From Methanocellales archaeon (GTDB lineage: Archaea > Halobacteriota > UBA148): a DNA stretch of 64,000 bases. This document shows, in pieces, positions 63,542-64,000 of this stretch (position 1 is its first letter; each line of letters opens with the position of its first letter). The DNA is taken from the NCBI GenBank assembly GCA_028715985.1, contig JAQUQR010000001.1:125927-189926 (forward strand), in the 5' to 3' direction. The notes under the pieces are model-generated. The model searched no databases and had not been told where the DNA came from. It was given only the letters and a program-made list of their open reading frames with translations. The position numbers and the translations under genes are program-made.

Positions 63542-63964
63542 TCATATATCAAGGAGTACTTGAGCGATCCACATCCCATCGATCTGCTTGATTTCCATGC
63601 TGTGATACGTGCAAGCCTTTACATCTGTCTTCGTTATATGCTTAGCCGGATCGATGGGCTCACCTGAAACTTTTGCGCTAAGCCTCATCTGATTTTCATC
63701 TATCCGAACGTCAAATCTGGAGAAAGCGAGACCCTCAGCATCGACGTAGAATAGCAATTCGTTAAGCCACTCGAACATCAATGATTTTAAATCCTCGCCC
63801 TGAACCTTTATCTCTTTCACCACTATTGACTTGACGTTCTCAGTATCGATTATGACTTCAAACATCGCCAGGGCAGCATTGGCAAAAACCTCCTCTAAAG
63901 TTCTTCCATAGGCTTTGAAACATATGTCTGCTGTAGCAAATCCCAGAAACTCAAATTTTTTCAT
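63542..63964 (-). CDS. Archease (RtcB activator).
   Basis: MKKFEFLGFATADICFKAYG N-terminus and 140 aa length fit the archease family. Confidence 0.8.
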   Translation of the reverse strand: MKKFEFLGFATADICFKAYGRTLEEVFANAALAMFEVIIDTENVKSIVVKEIKVQGEDLKSLMFEWLNELLFYVDAEGLAFSRFDVRIDENQMRLSAKVSGEPIDPAKHITKTDVKACTYHSMEIKQIDGMWIAQVLLDI

Positions 63965-64000
63965 GCTGATATCTCACCATTTATGTTTATTAATGGCCGT

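Noticed and set aside
63455-63667. 70-aa plus-strand ORF overlapping the archease 3' end and the mini zinc-ribbon ORF.
   Set aside because: It overlaps two better-supported minus-strand genes and has no motif.

Overview
This window is a core chromosomal segment of a euryarchaeon, most likely Methanosarcinales-like. The call rests on a fae-hps fusion, a long homodimer-type tRNA-splicing endonuclease, archaeal-type r-proteins (L7Ae, S28e, L24e, S6e, L19e, L32e, L18e, S4e), Rpp29 embedded in the r-protein operon, aIF5B, class III RNR and a mevalonate operon. Coding GC is about 45%.

The minus strand from about 56.9 kb down to 35.2 kb is one ribosomal-protein/RNA-polymerase supercluster. It runs SPOUT-MTase, L3, L4, L23, L2, S19, L22, S3, L29, Rpp29, S17, L14, L24, S4e, L5, S14, S8, L6, L32e, L19e, L18, S5, L30, L15, SecY, DUF106, Cmk, Cbf5, tRNA-Ser, S13, S4, S11, RpoD, tRNA-Leu, L18e, L13, S9, RpoN, tRNA-Pro, RpoK, Eno, S2. 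Further upstream lie the mevalonate-pathway operon (mvk, ipk, idi2, RNase J, GGPP synthase), GluRS, the L7Ae-S28e-L24e-Ndk block, aIF5B-S6e, TpiA, Fae-Hps, RpiA, aEF-1beta, TrpRS and EndA.

The window carries a full tRNA-splicing toolkit. EndA, RtcB, archease and a divergent RtcB-like paralog are all present. There is also a tRNA-Leu gene with an ~83-nt insertion at a non-canonical position in the D-loop.

The accessory-looking parts are:
- An AT-rich island between hypD and trpS that carries an HsdR-N-like PD-(D/E)xK nuclease and a 4-TM membrane protein.
- A ~1 kb ORF-free stretch of roughly 25% GC beside two wHTH proteins.
- A translationally coupled DUF429 plus membrane-anchored methyltransferase pair.
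- A Tat-lipoprotein gene whose twin-arginine codon is replaced by an in-frame TGA.
- A recurring CCTAAAGT palindromic repeat element near mgtC and nrdD.
- A T9 homopolymer that splits what looks like one membrane-protein gene.

No CRISPR array, rRNA or obvious IS element was seen.
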